DNA of 64,000 bases from Blasia pusilla (lineage: Eukaryota): assembly GCA_050084515.1 (NCBI GenBank), contig CM114271.1, positions 29,140,001 through 29,204,000 on the forward strand. Direction: 5' to 3'. Position numbers and translations under genes: made by a program. The notes beneath the pieces are model-generated. The model saw only the letters and a list, made by a program, of their open reading frames with translations, did not search any database and was not told the DNA's origin. Positions 1 through 11,489 of this stretch are shown here, in pieces (position 1 is the first letter of the stretch; each line of letters begins with the position of its first letter).

Positions 1-3000
1 TGTTGATCCTTTGGCCGCCGAACGTTTGGTACATGCTGCCTGACACATTAAGTCAAAACGTGAAAGGCATGAAAATGAGCAATAGCAAAGAGTACGCGTA
101 CCATCCATGGAATCACCTTGAAGCGTGTCACAAGGGGATTGGAGAATACTTCATTCTCCGAATGAATGTAGCATGGTGAGTATAGATAATGGATGTATCA
201 TATACACAAAAGGAGCGAAAAAATGGAATAAGAGTGTTGTACTCTTGCATAATATAACTCCTCAAATATGGTCGCACGAGAAACTGAATTGAATACATTC
301 GCCATATCCACTTGAATTAGAACTCAGGTTGCACACGAAAAAAGTCCGTGTCCACGTCCATGAACTTATGTGCATCCCTAGGACAGACATGTCCGTGCAA
401 GCGCGAGTACGTGCGGCCCGCACGAGAGCCTACCTCGCCCGTAACGTACACACGGACTTGGCCCGCCCGCACCTAGTCTAAGAACCCGTCACCCTTTTTG
501 TAGCCTGCATTGGCGGGCCCTAAGCCCGCATTAGTCTGTAGGCCCAATCCCGCCCTACATGGGTCCTACGTGGGCTTAGGGCGGGCCGATGTGGGCTACG
601 TACCGGCTGATTCCTGTCCGCCTCCCTTAATCTGATTTATGCTCTCTATGTGGCCTTGACACAAATTGGGTTAGAAAAGAATAATTCCCAGTCAAGGTGA
701 CTTGTCAGTGAATTTAAACAGAAAGCTAGAGATATGATCATGTTTGTTCATGAATTTACTCTCTAACTACATGCGTTGTTTCACAACCAAATGCATTGTT
801 TTCTCACCATGTTGGTCATGTAAGGTCCATATTCATCTTTTCCTAACCACATTTGTAGTTTCATAACTACCGTAACATCAAATGCTTCGTGAGCAAGTCT
901 AGGATTTTGAGACCATGGTCTTGTTGGGAACTTACTATATGTGAAATCAAGTAAAATTTTAAATTAGGTTAGGATGTTTCAGATTTTGCAATTAGAACTA
1001 GCATTTCCCAAATTAGCATTTCCCAAATTTCAATTTTGTTGAATAGAATTAAAGAGATTTCTCACAATGGTCCTACAACCAATTGCATTTATGCATGATA
1101 TCTTTGCTTTTCTTTTTACGTATTTTGTTGAGAATATGACTAATTTGGGCTAAAAATTCTACCATGCCCATTTTTCATAAAAAATTTTGAATTTCAGTCT
1201 TTTCAAAAATAATAAATTTTGCATCATGCTCCAAAACGGAGAAAATCAACTATTTTAGAAGATCAAAGGTTTACAAAGTTTTCGAATGTGTATTCTCTTG
1301 GGGTAATCTTACGTAGAATGTTGAGGAATCTATACAATTTTGCATATCCCGCACTCCATGGAAAATTGGGAAATAAAGATAATTCAAAGAGGGCTAAATA
1401 AGTGGACAAAAAGTTGAAATATTGCATCAAGAAGATGGTCAATCTAAATCTAGGCACGTGTCAAGGAAAAGGGGGGGTGGGGGGTTGCTTATTAAGGCAT
1501 TAGAGGCAAAAGCCAAGGTATCTAGTATTTTGATTAAGACCGTTGGTCCTACAAATATTATGAATGCTTGATATCTTCTTCACCCCATTTTAGGATTTTT
1601 GTGGAGTATATGATAGACATGTACTTATCTCAAACATATATCTGAATATCTATAGTAAAAGAATATTTTTAAAATTCTTATGCATTATTAGTTCAAAATA
1701 TAATGTGTATCATGTCGCGATTCCCAATACTATTATAACCCATAAAGATTTTTCATTCTTTTGGAGATATGATTATCCTATAAGATTGAAAAGAGTCTTG
1801 TGTCCATTAATAATATTAAACAAAGAAAAAACATAAATTTTTTTATCAAAATGAACCTCACATATTGATCAATGGTTTGAATTGGGATAGAATAGGATCA
1901 CTCATTTAATAGATTGGTTTTGCAATATTTGGAGGAACTAAAAATTTTCATCTACACTTTAGTCCACTTTCATATATGGATTCTACAGATATTCCCACGA
2001 GAGATCAAGAATTGATCAAAATAGTTTTGCCGGAGTCCGAACCTCAAACAAATTAATGGATACTCCTCTTGTTGAGGCATTAGCTATTGTTGATTAGAAA
2101 CCTCTTTAGTCACAAGAGGAGTGTCTCATATTGGAGGTCCTCATGGAGATCGTTGCTGGTTTGAGGGCTGATCTTGTAACAGGGAGTTCTTCATGTATGG
2201 TGGATGACAAGAGTGTGGACATTAGTGTAGTAGAACTGCTGTCCATTGTACCTCTGACATATCCTTTACTATCATTTGGGGAATTTTACACAATTTTGTG
2301 GAACATGGTGGCCAAGCTGAAACCTTTTTTCCATAGTTCGATGGGACAAAAGGTGTGGGATGGCGGGCAACACAACATTCTCTTGGATTCATATGATCCT
2401 GGGATGAAATGTATTTGGGAGGAGAGGAGATCTTGCTACATCAACCTTGGAGGGGATCTAAGAAGGAAGGTATAAACTCAAAGAACATTCATGCAAATGT
2501 TATTTTTTGAGCGTTGGGGGATGGATATGGATTAGAGTACTATGCAGATCGGGACAAGTAACACAAGGTGCTACAATGAGGACTTTGGAAAACTTCTGAC
2601 GATCACCAAAAAAGAAGGAACCATCTACATTATCCACACCTAACCAAATGAGCATGAATCCATGTCTCAGGGAAACATGATCTATTTTCTTTGGGAGGAA
2701 TTATCCCAAAATCTACCAAGGCATCAACCCCAAGCAATTGAGTTATGGCAACTAGGGAGGCATCCAATGCATCATTTCCTTTGCTTGCTCACATGAATAG
2801 AGCTTACCCCTCAACGCAACAATCTCTCTTCACCAACACATCAGTGCTATTGAACAAAAGTGGTTCTACATCCTAGCCATCTTTGAGTTATATCCAACCC
2901 ACGCATTGTTGAGAAGGACTCGGCCTCCTTCTCAACGATTTACCATTTTGGATTGCCTTTGGAACTCACTTTAAGGAATTTATGAAATGGAAAGGGAAGA

Positions 3001-3349
3001 AATTAATTGAAATATTTTTTGTGCAGATGATGGAGCAAATTGTCTAACATATCAACTCTCTCAAAGTTGAGATGGTGAGAGCTATGATGAAATGAAAGTC
3101 AAACCTCATAACAAGAAAATCATTGAGGACGTGAGGGGTAGGGGACGTGTTTTTCAGAAATATGATAATAGTGTGAGGCAAGAATCCAAGGGAAAAATAA
3201 GATGATGTCGAACATGATTGATGTTTGCGAAAAGACTGACGAATACGTGACACTGTAACATTGAAGGGTAAATCCATCTTGATTGTGAATCAAATGAAGG
3301 TGGATATCTATTTGGGATCTGACTGGAAGATGGTTACTTGAAAGTCATG

Positions 3350-3870
3350 TCTAGAGTTCTTCCATTTTTCATTTAATATCTAGGTGGAAATTTGGAGAGT
3401 TTGTTTAAATATTCTCTTAGGGTTTAGAGGCATGGCCGCATGGGGGTATCATCTCCCAAAGTCTCATGATTTTCTAGTTTGTGACTAGAAAGCAAGGCCA
3501 AGAATATAAGAAGATAAAGGAAGAAGAGGAATTTACTTGGGGATTCACTTGGCTTACATTACTTTTCTCATTCATCTTGGGCCAAGACTTGTTTCTAGCA
3601 TCCATCCGATTGAAGTAAAACTCAATGGGCTTGGTCTTGGTAATCTACTCTCCCACTTTAATGGTTTTGAGTTTGTAATATTGACTCTAGGATGTAACTA
3701 AAAATCCAAGATCATGTTTGTTATCCCATATTTTTATTCAATCTCTAGATGGGAATTTAGAGAGTTTATTCTTCCATGGATTTTGGAGGCATGGAGGCAT
3801 CATCTCACAAAGTTTCATGATTTTGGAGATTGTGACAAAAAAGCAGGTCCAAGAATAGAAGAAGAGGTGG
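3350..3870. repeat. Degenerate ~160-bp direct repeat pair (~3360-3520 and ~3725-3870) in TE debris
   Basis: tcatctcccaaagtctcatgatttt...gtgac...ccaagaata vs tcatctcacaaagtttcatgatttt...gtgac...ccaagaata. Confidence 0.7.
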
Positions 3871-4607
3871 GCATTAGGAGAGGATTCAATCTCAAGAATT
3901 CAAATGGTTGATGTATCCATGGAAGAAGTTTGGATATTTTTCATTTTTCCAATTAAAAACTTCTTAGAGGATACATAATGCTTAGAGGGATAATTTTTTC
4001 ACTTCTAAGGATGAGGGAACTCAAAATTTTACCTTCAAGGTGAAATTTTGAGCAGAAAAGTCATAATCTAGTTTGTGTAGAACCACATGATAATGGTTAT
4101 ATATCCTCACGCCTTAGTGGGGAGGAGTTGCCTCATCTTGGACGTTGAAAGGAGTGGCTAGGATGGTGTATAGGGTTACATTTAGGGTACCTTTTTGAAT
4201 GTCTCTAATGAGACAATCCTCTAGATCTTGGAAGATCCAACTGTCTATGTTTTTAGATGGATGGGGAGGGGATGGTTGCATAGGGAAGGGGTAGTGTGGG
4301 AGCCCTGAATGGGAGCTTCATTAATTACTAGTTTTGCTACAGAGTCAATTGGAAGGCCCAAATTGTAACCTCAAAGGCCATAAAGATATTGCATGCAGTT
4401 CAAAATTGGAGAGCTTCAAATTGGATCCTAGGTGAGTTAACATGCACATGACGAGCTATTTTTGTATCTACTCATAACGTTTTCATTTCTTCTCTATGTT
4501 GTTTTTGGTTTCGGAAATCTGACATTACGATGTTTGTAAGTGGGATATTATCAATCATCACTAGGTAAAGATGCGTTGGAAAAAATCTACACTATTGAAT
4601 CCAGGTT

Positions 4608-5267
4608 TGGACTCTCCATCGAGTTGTTGTGCGCATACACATTGCTAGACAACATACATCGCTGTCACCAAACACACACACAAACACGCACAATCCCGTG
4701 CTAACTCATGGCATCCAAACAACAAGACAAGACGTACCAAAATATCTCCAATCAAAGTAAGATCCAATCTCTCTCTACACCATCTCACACCATAGCTCTC
4801 AAAGGTGTGCACTCTCTCTCTTGTCAAACCAAACCCACTCTCCTAATGAGAGGCTTGGATTACACTCACAAGGCAAGGGACCATAGCTCCGCCGCCTCAT
4901 GCCAAGAGGTTCAACAAAGAGAGAATGAGCTCTCAAGCTCTCTCTCATTGTGGTATACCCCTCCCCTCTCCCAAGCTCTCTCCATGGTAACCTATTCTTC
5001 CAAGTCACCTCCTTGGCTCCTGACCTGATGTAGGAGGTCAAGGTCCACTTACCACAAAATAGAAAGTCGATCATATACTCAAAATGATACTTACCTAAAA
5101 TAGTAAGTTCCTCAATATGGCTCCAAATGAGCCGAAACGAAGGGAAAACCTGCTCTCTGAGGTTTCTAGGAGCCTCAGCCGGTCATCCTCGACCTATTAA
5201 GCTTGTCCTCCACTACTCATAAAGGTGCTCTACTAGATCTCACCGATCTATCCTAAAAGACGTGACA
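4608..5267 (-). repeat. Putative 3' LTR of the Gypsy element (TGTCAC...GTCCA on the minus strand); may instead begin at 5395 after a G-run
   Basis: The reverse complement of 5267-4760 aligns by eye with 38787-39280 (e.g. tgtcacgtcttttaggatagatc vs tgttatgtcttttaggaaagatc; ccaagcctctcatt.ggagagtgg), which precedes gag in the second copy. TG...CA ends. An AGGGGGG tract at 5398-5404 (minus) resembles a polypurine tract. Confidence 0.6.
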
Positions 5268-5575
5268 ACTCTCATGCGCATGCACATCGATACACAACAT
5301 ACATCGTTGTCATCGAACACACACACAAACACGCACCATCCCATGCTAACTCATGGCATCCAAAAAACGAGACAAGAAGTACCAAAATATCTCCAATCCC
5401 CCCTAGCTAGTGGTTAGGTCCCTCTAACTCCAGATAGCCATCTATCCCTACCTACCATGACATACATCTCTTGGTCGCTAAGAGCTAGAAGGCCGGGTGC
5501 TCATGTGGCCCCATCGTTAGTCGTCTTCTTGTCATCCATGTCACACATACCAATCGGAATGTAGAACTACCTACT

Positions 5576-5722
5576 CTATGTGCATTTGGGACACATCCAT
5601 CGTCCTTGAGGAACCCTAGTGAGAGGTGGCGTCAAACATGCCATATGCCATCCTCTCGAACACCCATCACAGACTAGCATTGTGGCCGCACCACGGGCAT
5701 AACCACACAATATACAACGCAA
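5576..5722 (-). other. PHD finger at the polyprotein C-terminus
   Basis: CILC...MLVCDGCSRGWHMACLTPPLTRVPQGRWMCPKC matches the canonical C4HC3 PHD spacing, with the conserved W before the last CxxC. Confidence 0.95.
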
Positions 5723-6960
5723 GCCCGAAGGAACTACTGCTAAGCTTAGATCTATTGTACCATCAATGTTAGGAAGGTGACATGGCGCACAATTACGCAC
5801 ATGGTCCTTCCATACCATACCATCACGTCCCTCCAGCAAGAGAACACCGGATGACAAAACTTCACGCACTCTCACGATAGTGCGCCCTGCAGTCACATCC
5901 AACGTCGTCGGTGCCGTCTGCTGCAAGAAGACATAATCTCCCTGATGAAACCTCCCGATAGTTGGTCGATAACCACCATCCCAAATAGTCGCATACCTCA
6001 ACGTATCCCGATGTTGCGCAATCGCCAAGTTCTTGAACGCCATGGGCATCACTCTACATAACAACTCAGCCCTCTGAGAACATGCTCACATCCATACATC
6101 TGGGTCATCAAGGTCCAGCACCTCACCAGCCTCTCGACGAATGGCCGCTCGTAAATCTGGCTCTCGGCCATAAAGTAGCAAGTACGGTGAAAAAGACGCT
6201 AAGGATGCCTGCCTAGTGAATATGTATCCCATCGCCAACCACGTCAACTGGAGGTTCCAATCTCCTAGGTTACCTCTATGCAAGCCATACTTGCGTAAAC
6301 CCCTCTTCACCGTCTGCACAACTCTCTCCGCTAATCCATCCGCCTCAAGATGATCTCGCGAGGCCGTGCGGTGGTCGATCAACGCCTGATCACACAAGGC
6401 CTGGAACTCACCGCAAAACTTGGTACACTTGTCTGTCAACACCTCAACCGGTACGCCATAATGACTCAACACTCTGTCAAGGAAGGCATAAGCTACTCCC
6501 TCACTCGCTTTGTCAAGCAATTCAACCAACTCGATCCACTTCGAGAAGTGCTCGACCATCACCAACACATAACGACTGTGACGCTTTTTCAAAGGCAAAG
6601 GTCCTGCAAAATCCAAACTCCATCTATACCCTAAGCCCATGATCGGTAATGGATGCAATTGTGGAGTTGGAGCATTGAACGATGCTCAGACCCGATCACA
6701 CACCATACACTTGGCAACAAAGTGATGAACGTCAGTCTCCATGCCTCGCCAGCAATACTGAATCAGGAGCAAGTTGTACGTCGGCTTCACCCCAAAGTGA
6801 CCCAACTCCTCGTGGGCATGCTGCACTAGTCGTACTCTCTGTAAAGGATGTGGCACTACGTGTACTCTATCATCCTTCCAAACCATCAAAACATGTGTCC
6901 CCTCCCAACGAAACCGTCTAGCCCGCTGTAGGATCCGATCCCGCTCTCTAGCACCCACGA
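5723..6960 (-). pseudogene. Retrotransposon integrase (HHCC zinc-binding, DDE core, C-terminal FHQGDYV segment)
   Basis: AHEELGHFG...CMVC; WSLDFAG, VLTD, DGLAERVVQTVK; SPYLLLYGREP in ORFs 6686-6958, 6086-6658 and 5576-6064. Confidence 0.95.
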
Positions 6961-7199
6961 TGCTCGCAACGCTACGAGTACTCCAAGACTACTCCATCAT
7001 CATGAATATCTCGGCCACCTGTGGTCTCCTCACTGGCCTTGGGATCCAAGGACTCTCCACTAGACCTCGCCATCGAAGTCTCCACACTTTGGCTCTCCAT
7101 AGCCAACATGCCTAAATAGGCTGACGCGTGCCATCCTGGCACTGACTCCTCATCACTCTCTCCATGCCATCGAGCTCTAGTCGCATCTCGATGACTCAG

Positions 7200-7600
7200 G
7201 CATGGGTTACGACTCAACCCATCTGCATCCTAGTGGACCGTCCCAGGTCTATGTACCACCTGAAAATCATACTCCTGCAACAACAGAGCCCATCTGGCAA
7301 GCTTCCCTGTAAGCTTGTCGGACTCCATCAACCACTTTAGTGGTTGATGATCAGTGATGATGGTAAAGGGGTTGCCAAATAAGTAACACCTGAAATACGC
7401 GATAGCCCACACTGCAGCCAAGCACTCACCCTCATACGAGCTGTACTTTGCCTCTACAACATTGTTCAAGCGGCTAGCGTAAGCCACCACGAACTCTCTA
7501 CCCTCATCATTATGCTGGGTGAGCACCGCTCCAAGCCCCAACATACTCCAATCTGTGTGTAGTTGGAAAGGACGCCCCTTGATCGAACTCCTCAAGATGG
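7200..7600 (-). pseudogene. Retrotransposon RNase H
   Basis: FQLHTDWSMLGLGAVL, YSSYEGECLAAVWAI, ITDHQPLKWL, RWALLLQEYDF, HRPG..DADGLSR. Confidence 0.95.
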
Positions 7601-8645
7601 ACGTAGACATCAACCTGTCCTTAAGCAATTGAAATGCTTGCTCTTGCTCATCCCCCTTGTACCACTCGTGATCCACCTTGGTTAGCAAGGTCAGCGGCTT
7701 TGCAATCAAACTGAATCCCTTGACGTACCGCCGATAGAAGTTCGCCAATCCCATGAATGCACGAACACGGCTCACATCTGTAGGGCATGGAATACGTGAG
7801 ATAGCCTCTACCTTCGTTTGCTGAATACCAAGGCCCCTTGGGTATATCGTATGACCCAAGTACTCAATATGTTTGTAGAAGAACTTGCACTTGCCTGGAT
7901 GTAGCTTTAGCCCATGTAATTGCAATCATCAAAATACCTCCTCTAGATGTCGCTCATGCTCCTCAACCGTGGCGCTAAAGACTACAATGTCATCAATATA
8001 ACATCTAGAAAAATCCAGACCAGCCAAGATCTTATTCATGACCTTCTGAAACTCAGCCACGGCATTCTTTAACCCAAATGGTAAGAACCGCCACTAATAC
8101 AAACAATCCTTCCCGTGAGGATCGATGCCCCAAAATGCCATCTTTTGCCTGTCCTTCAATCTGATAGGCAATTGATGATATCCGACTCACAAATCCAATG
8201 AACTGAAGACCTTTGCGTGACCAATCGCATCAAAGATCTCCTCAGGGGTGGGCATGGCATACCTATCGGACTTCATCTGCCGATTGATAGGTCGGTAATC
8301 CCCACACATCCACCTATCCGTCCAGTTGCCATGCACATCCTTCTTGGCGGGCATGACAGTGGTAGATGCATACTCCCCATGCGACATCTCCACTAGTCTT
8401 GCTCCAACCAAGTCCTGGCTCCTACTGTGAATCAGATCCCTCTCCATATCACTGTACCTCTAGGGTCGTCGGAAGATCGGCGTATTACTCGAGAACTCAA
8501 TGCACATCCCTAGTCCCTTCAGCTTAATCAAATCCTCCATGCTAAACGCAAAGCAGCTCCTATAACTCCTGAGGAACTGATGTATTCGGCGCCGCTCTCC
8601 TCTTGTCAACTTAGGGCCCATATTTGGCTCCCAAGTCTCCATCAT
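7601..8645 (-). pseudogene. Retrotransposon reverse transcriptase
   Basis: MCGDYRPINR, VFSSLDL*VGYHQL, LPFGLKNA, CYIDDIVVFS (YIDD at ~7989-8000), KCKFF..IEYLGH; several premature stops. Confidence 0.95.
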
Positions 8646-8984
8646 GACTTCGGTAGGACTCTCCGGCGTGGGTATTGGTGGTTGCTATGGTGCAACCCTG
8701 TCTCAAACACCAACACTCCACCGCTCTTCTGCAACCAGCTACAAACTCTGATCTCCTCCACATGCAGTGCCCGGAATCACTCTCGATGTTGTGGCTATCA
8801 TCTCCTGGCGTACCTGCAAAACATCCCAAGAAGTCCAAGGGTGTCTTTCATGATCTCCCCTGGTGTGTCGACCTCCTCGAGTCTCGCCCCAACCACTGCC
8901 TCCACCGTCTCGGTAGGTATAGGGCTCACCAACGCAACCGCTGTGATCTGTCGTGATCTCATCCGATGCTGCTCAGCCACTCCC

Positions 8985-9929
8985 AAGTTGAAGATCCATG
9001 TCAAGCAGTTCAGGTCCATCGCTTGACCCAAGACATGGCGTCGTGATGCCTCTGACACTGACGGTACTGTTGTCACTCCTGTTGGAAATCCCATCGCTCG
9101 CTCTCTCTCGTGGGCGTTGGGCTCCACCAACCGCTGAACCTGGTCATCCCAAACCAAGGCAAGATCGGCCTCCTTGTATGGATAGGAAGCGGGAAAACTC
9201 ACGAAGGTGGGAAAGGCTGCCCGCGGCCTGCCTACCTTGTTGACCACAGTCAACGGTGGTCGATCATCGTGCCCCATTGCGTATGATCGACGACCTGGAT
9301 CCAGAATGGAATCCACTAACAAATGGGAGTGGCGCTCCACTCTCACATACGCCCTTCGTAACACCGCATGGGGCACCAAGTTGGTCCACCATAGAGGCGG
9401 GCGATGGGCTCTAGAACCTACACTCGCGGTATCCAAGAACATTGTTGGGCCGATCCATGCACGCACGTGATGAGCACTCGTCACCAACCGTGACCTGGAG
9501 TCTCCTAAGATCGGCACATTCTCCAGAATGTAGGCTGGACAACGAGACTGGTGCTTCTGCAACTGACATAAGACCCTCAACATCTCCCAAGAAAACCTAG
9601 ACCGAGTGTCAGCCAACCCCTTGCCTCGTCCTGCACTGGATTGGCCCTGACATGGCTAACCGGCAATGACCAAATCAATGGTCCCTACTCGCTATAAGTC
9701 CTGCGCCCCCAACAACAAAATATTCCTCGGTAGGGAACTCTGGTAACCCCTCTACCGTGGACATAGATAATAAGTCGGGAAAACGTTGGCGTAATTGGGC
9801 CACATATCATAGTGAGACGCGCCTCGCAACATCATCACTCTCCACATACAGGTACTGTTGTACTCGCACTTCTGCCTGTAAAATAGCAGCTAACCCGGTG
9901 CTAATCCCTCCAAAGAGATCTAACACTCA
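8985..9929 (-). pseudogene. C5 DNA cytosine methyltransferase catalytic domain (DNMT3-like) inside the Gypsy polyprotein
   Basis: Hand translation: motif I *VLDLFGGISTGL (from 9926); II YLYVESD; IV IDLVIAG*PCQG (PC at 9655-9650); V GLADTRS; VI YILENV (E at 9523); VIII SRAHRPPLWWTN (~9380-9415); IX EPNAHERERAMGFPTGVT (~9071-9125); X RRHVLGQAMDL (~9010-9045). Four stops and one frameshift (~9748). Confidence 0.92.
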
Positions 9930-10361
9930 AAAATCCTCCTCCGGGGTACACCACACAATGGGTGTGGTATCCAAGGGTGTCATCGTAGCACTCCCTGCTA
10001 CTTCGGGTTCCTCAGACCCGTCATGCTCTGGTGTAAATGCCTCGCTCCACGCGGTCTGCACGTGCTCATCTGCCAATCGTCGAAGCTCCCCAGTCAAGCC
10101 CCACAGCGGCACCTCTCCTTCACGGAATAATGCGGCTACCATAACACTCCTCTCCATAGAAATTTCAGGAACAGGAGTATCCCTTGCATAGACATGTCCC
10201 TCAATCAAATCACTAGGCCAAGTGATGGCACCGCTAAATGTTGCTAAGGTCGCCATCTCTCCTGGCCGTTGCTCAATCATTGCACTTGTGAATCAAACGA
10301 GTAATGAGCTAAGGCGCCCATCACCTGACTACCATCTTGGTGTGTAGGACGTTGACTCCTC

Positions 10362-10784
10362 CTAGTAATCCAGGGCAAATCCCATCAAGTATAACACTGC
10401 TCCACCAACCAAGACGTCGTAGGACTCTACATCAATCACTATCGCCTTGGCTCGCACCACGGACTCATCTGTAGGATGTCCCGGGCGAATCCTCACCACG
10501 ACCTCTTGTCCGGTGAGATACTGTGTGGTACTCGCTCCACCCAAGGATGTCTGTATCCGGAATGGACAACGCTCCACATCGGCTCTCATAAAGCCCAATC
10601 CTTTGAATGACGCTTTCCCCAACATCAAGGGTTGCACTCTTGAATCCAACAAGACGCAATACGGACTAAAAGCTCTACCTCCGAGACTCACCAATTGGAA
10701 GACCTCTCCCCGGTTATCGAGCAACGCAACACCAGGAGAAGCCATGGCATGCTCTATCACGGGTTTAGCGGGCATCTCCGCCAT
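10362..10784 (-). pseudogene. Retropepsin-type aspartic protease
   Basis: VLLDSRVQPLM (degenerate D-S-G-A) and YDVLVGG (hydrophobic-hydrophobic-G motif), located between Gag and the MTase. Confidence 0.8.
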
Positions 10785-11489
10785 CCTAGCAGCCGCAGCC
10801 TGCTATGAATCTGACGTGGATGGCCCGAGCATCCGCTCCAAGGGCAGGTCCATCACCTCCTCTCCAATCACCTCTGAATGTGATGCAAGAACTCCAACTC
10901 CACGCTCATATAGCGTAGCGGCCAGCCAAAAAGCCTGGGCGGGCGTACCCCCCAACGTCATAACATCGGAAGCAGAAAATAAAGGAGCGCGGTACACAAT
11001 GGTGGCCGCCCCCAACAACGTGCTCGACACATGCCCCTCCTGAGCATCAACAATAGGAGTCGTCGCACTCGCTTCTCCCATCGCCCTCCATGCCTGCACA
11101 CCAACAACATCACCAACTCTCCAAGAAATTTGATCAGGACCCATCGATACGGTCTTTATCGCCTCGGACAACGTGAAGGACTGAGGAAGCCTAGTCTGTT
11201 TCCTGGCTTCCACTCGCTGTGGATCCAACTCTGCGGCTACTCCACGCGTCGCAACTGCGGGTGCCTCTATTTGGGCAACCCCGCACATCCAACCAGGATC
11301 CTCCATATCTCTGGCTGCTCCATATGATGTCGATGTCACGGATCCGACATCGGGTAATCTCAATGACATAGCGGCAATCTGGTCCAGTAGCTGATGTATC
11401 TGAGCAGCCATCCTAGCCTTACGCCCGGCATCTCCCTCGACGCGTCTAGGTTGCGGGACTCTACCTCCTCCACGGGCAGCTCCACCACC

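Noticed and set aside
2000-3300. Possible decayed pol remnant
   Set aside because: Only vague similarity; no catalytic motif could be read.
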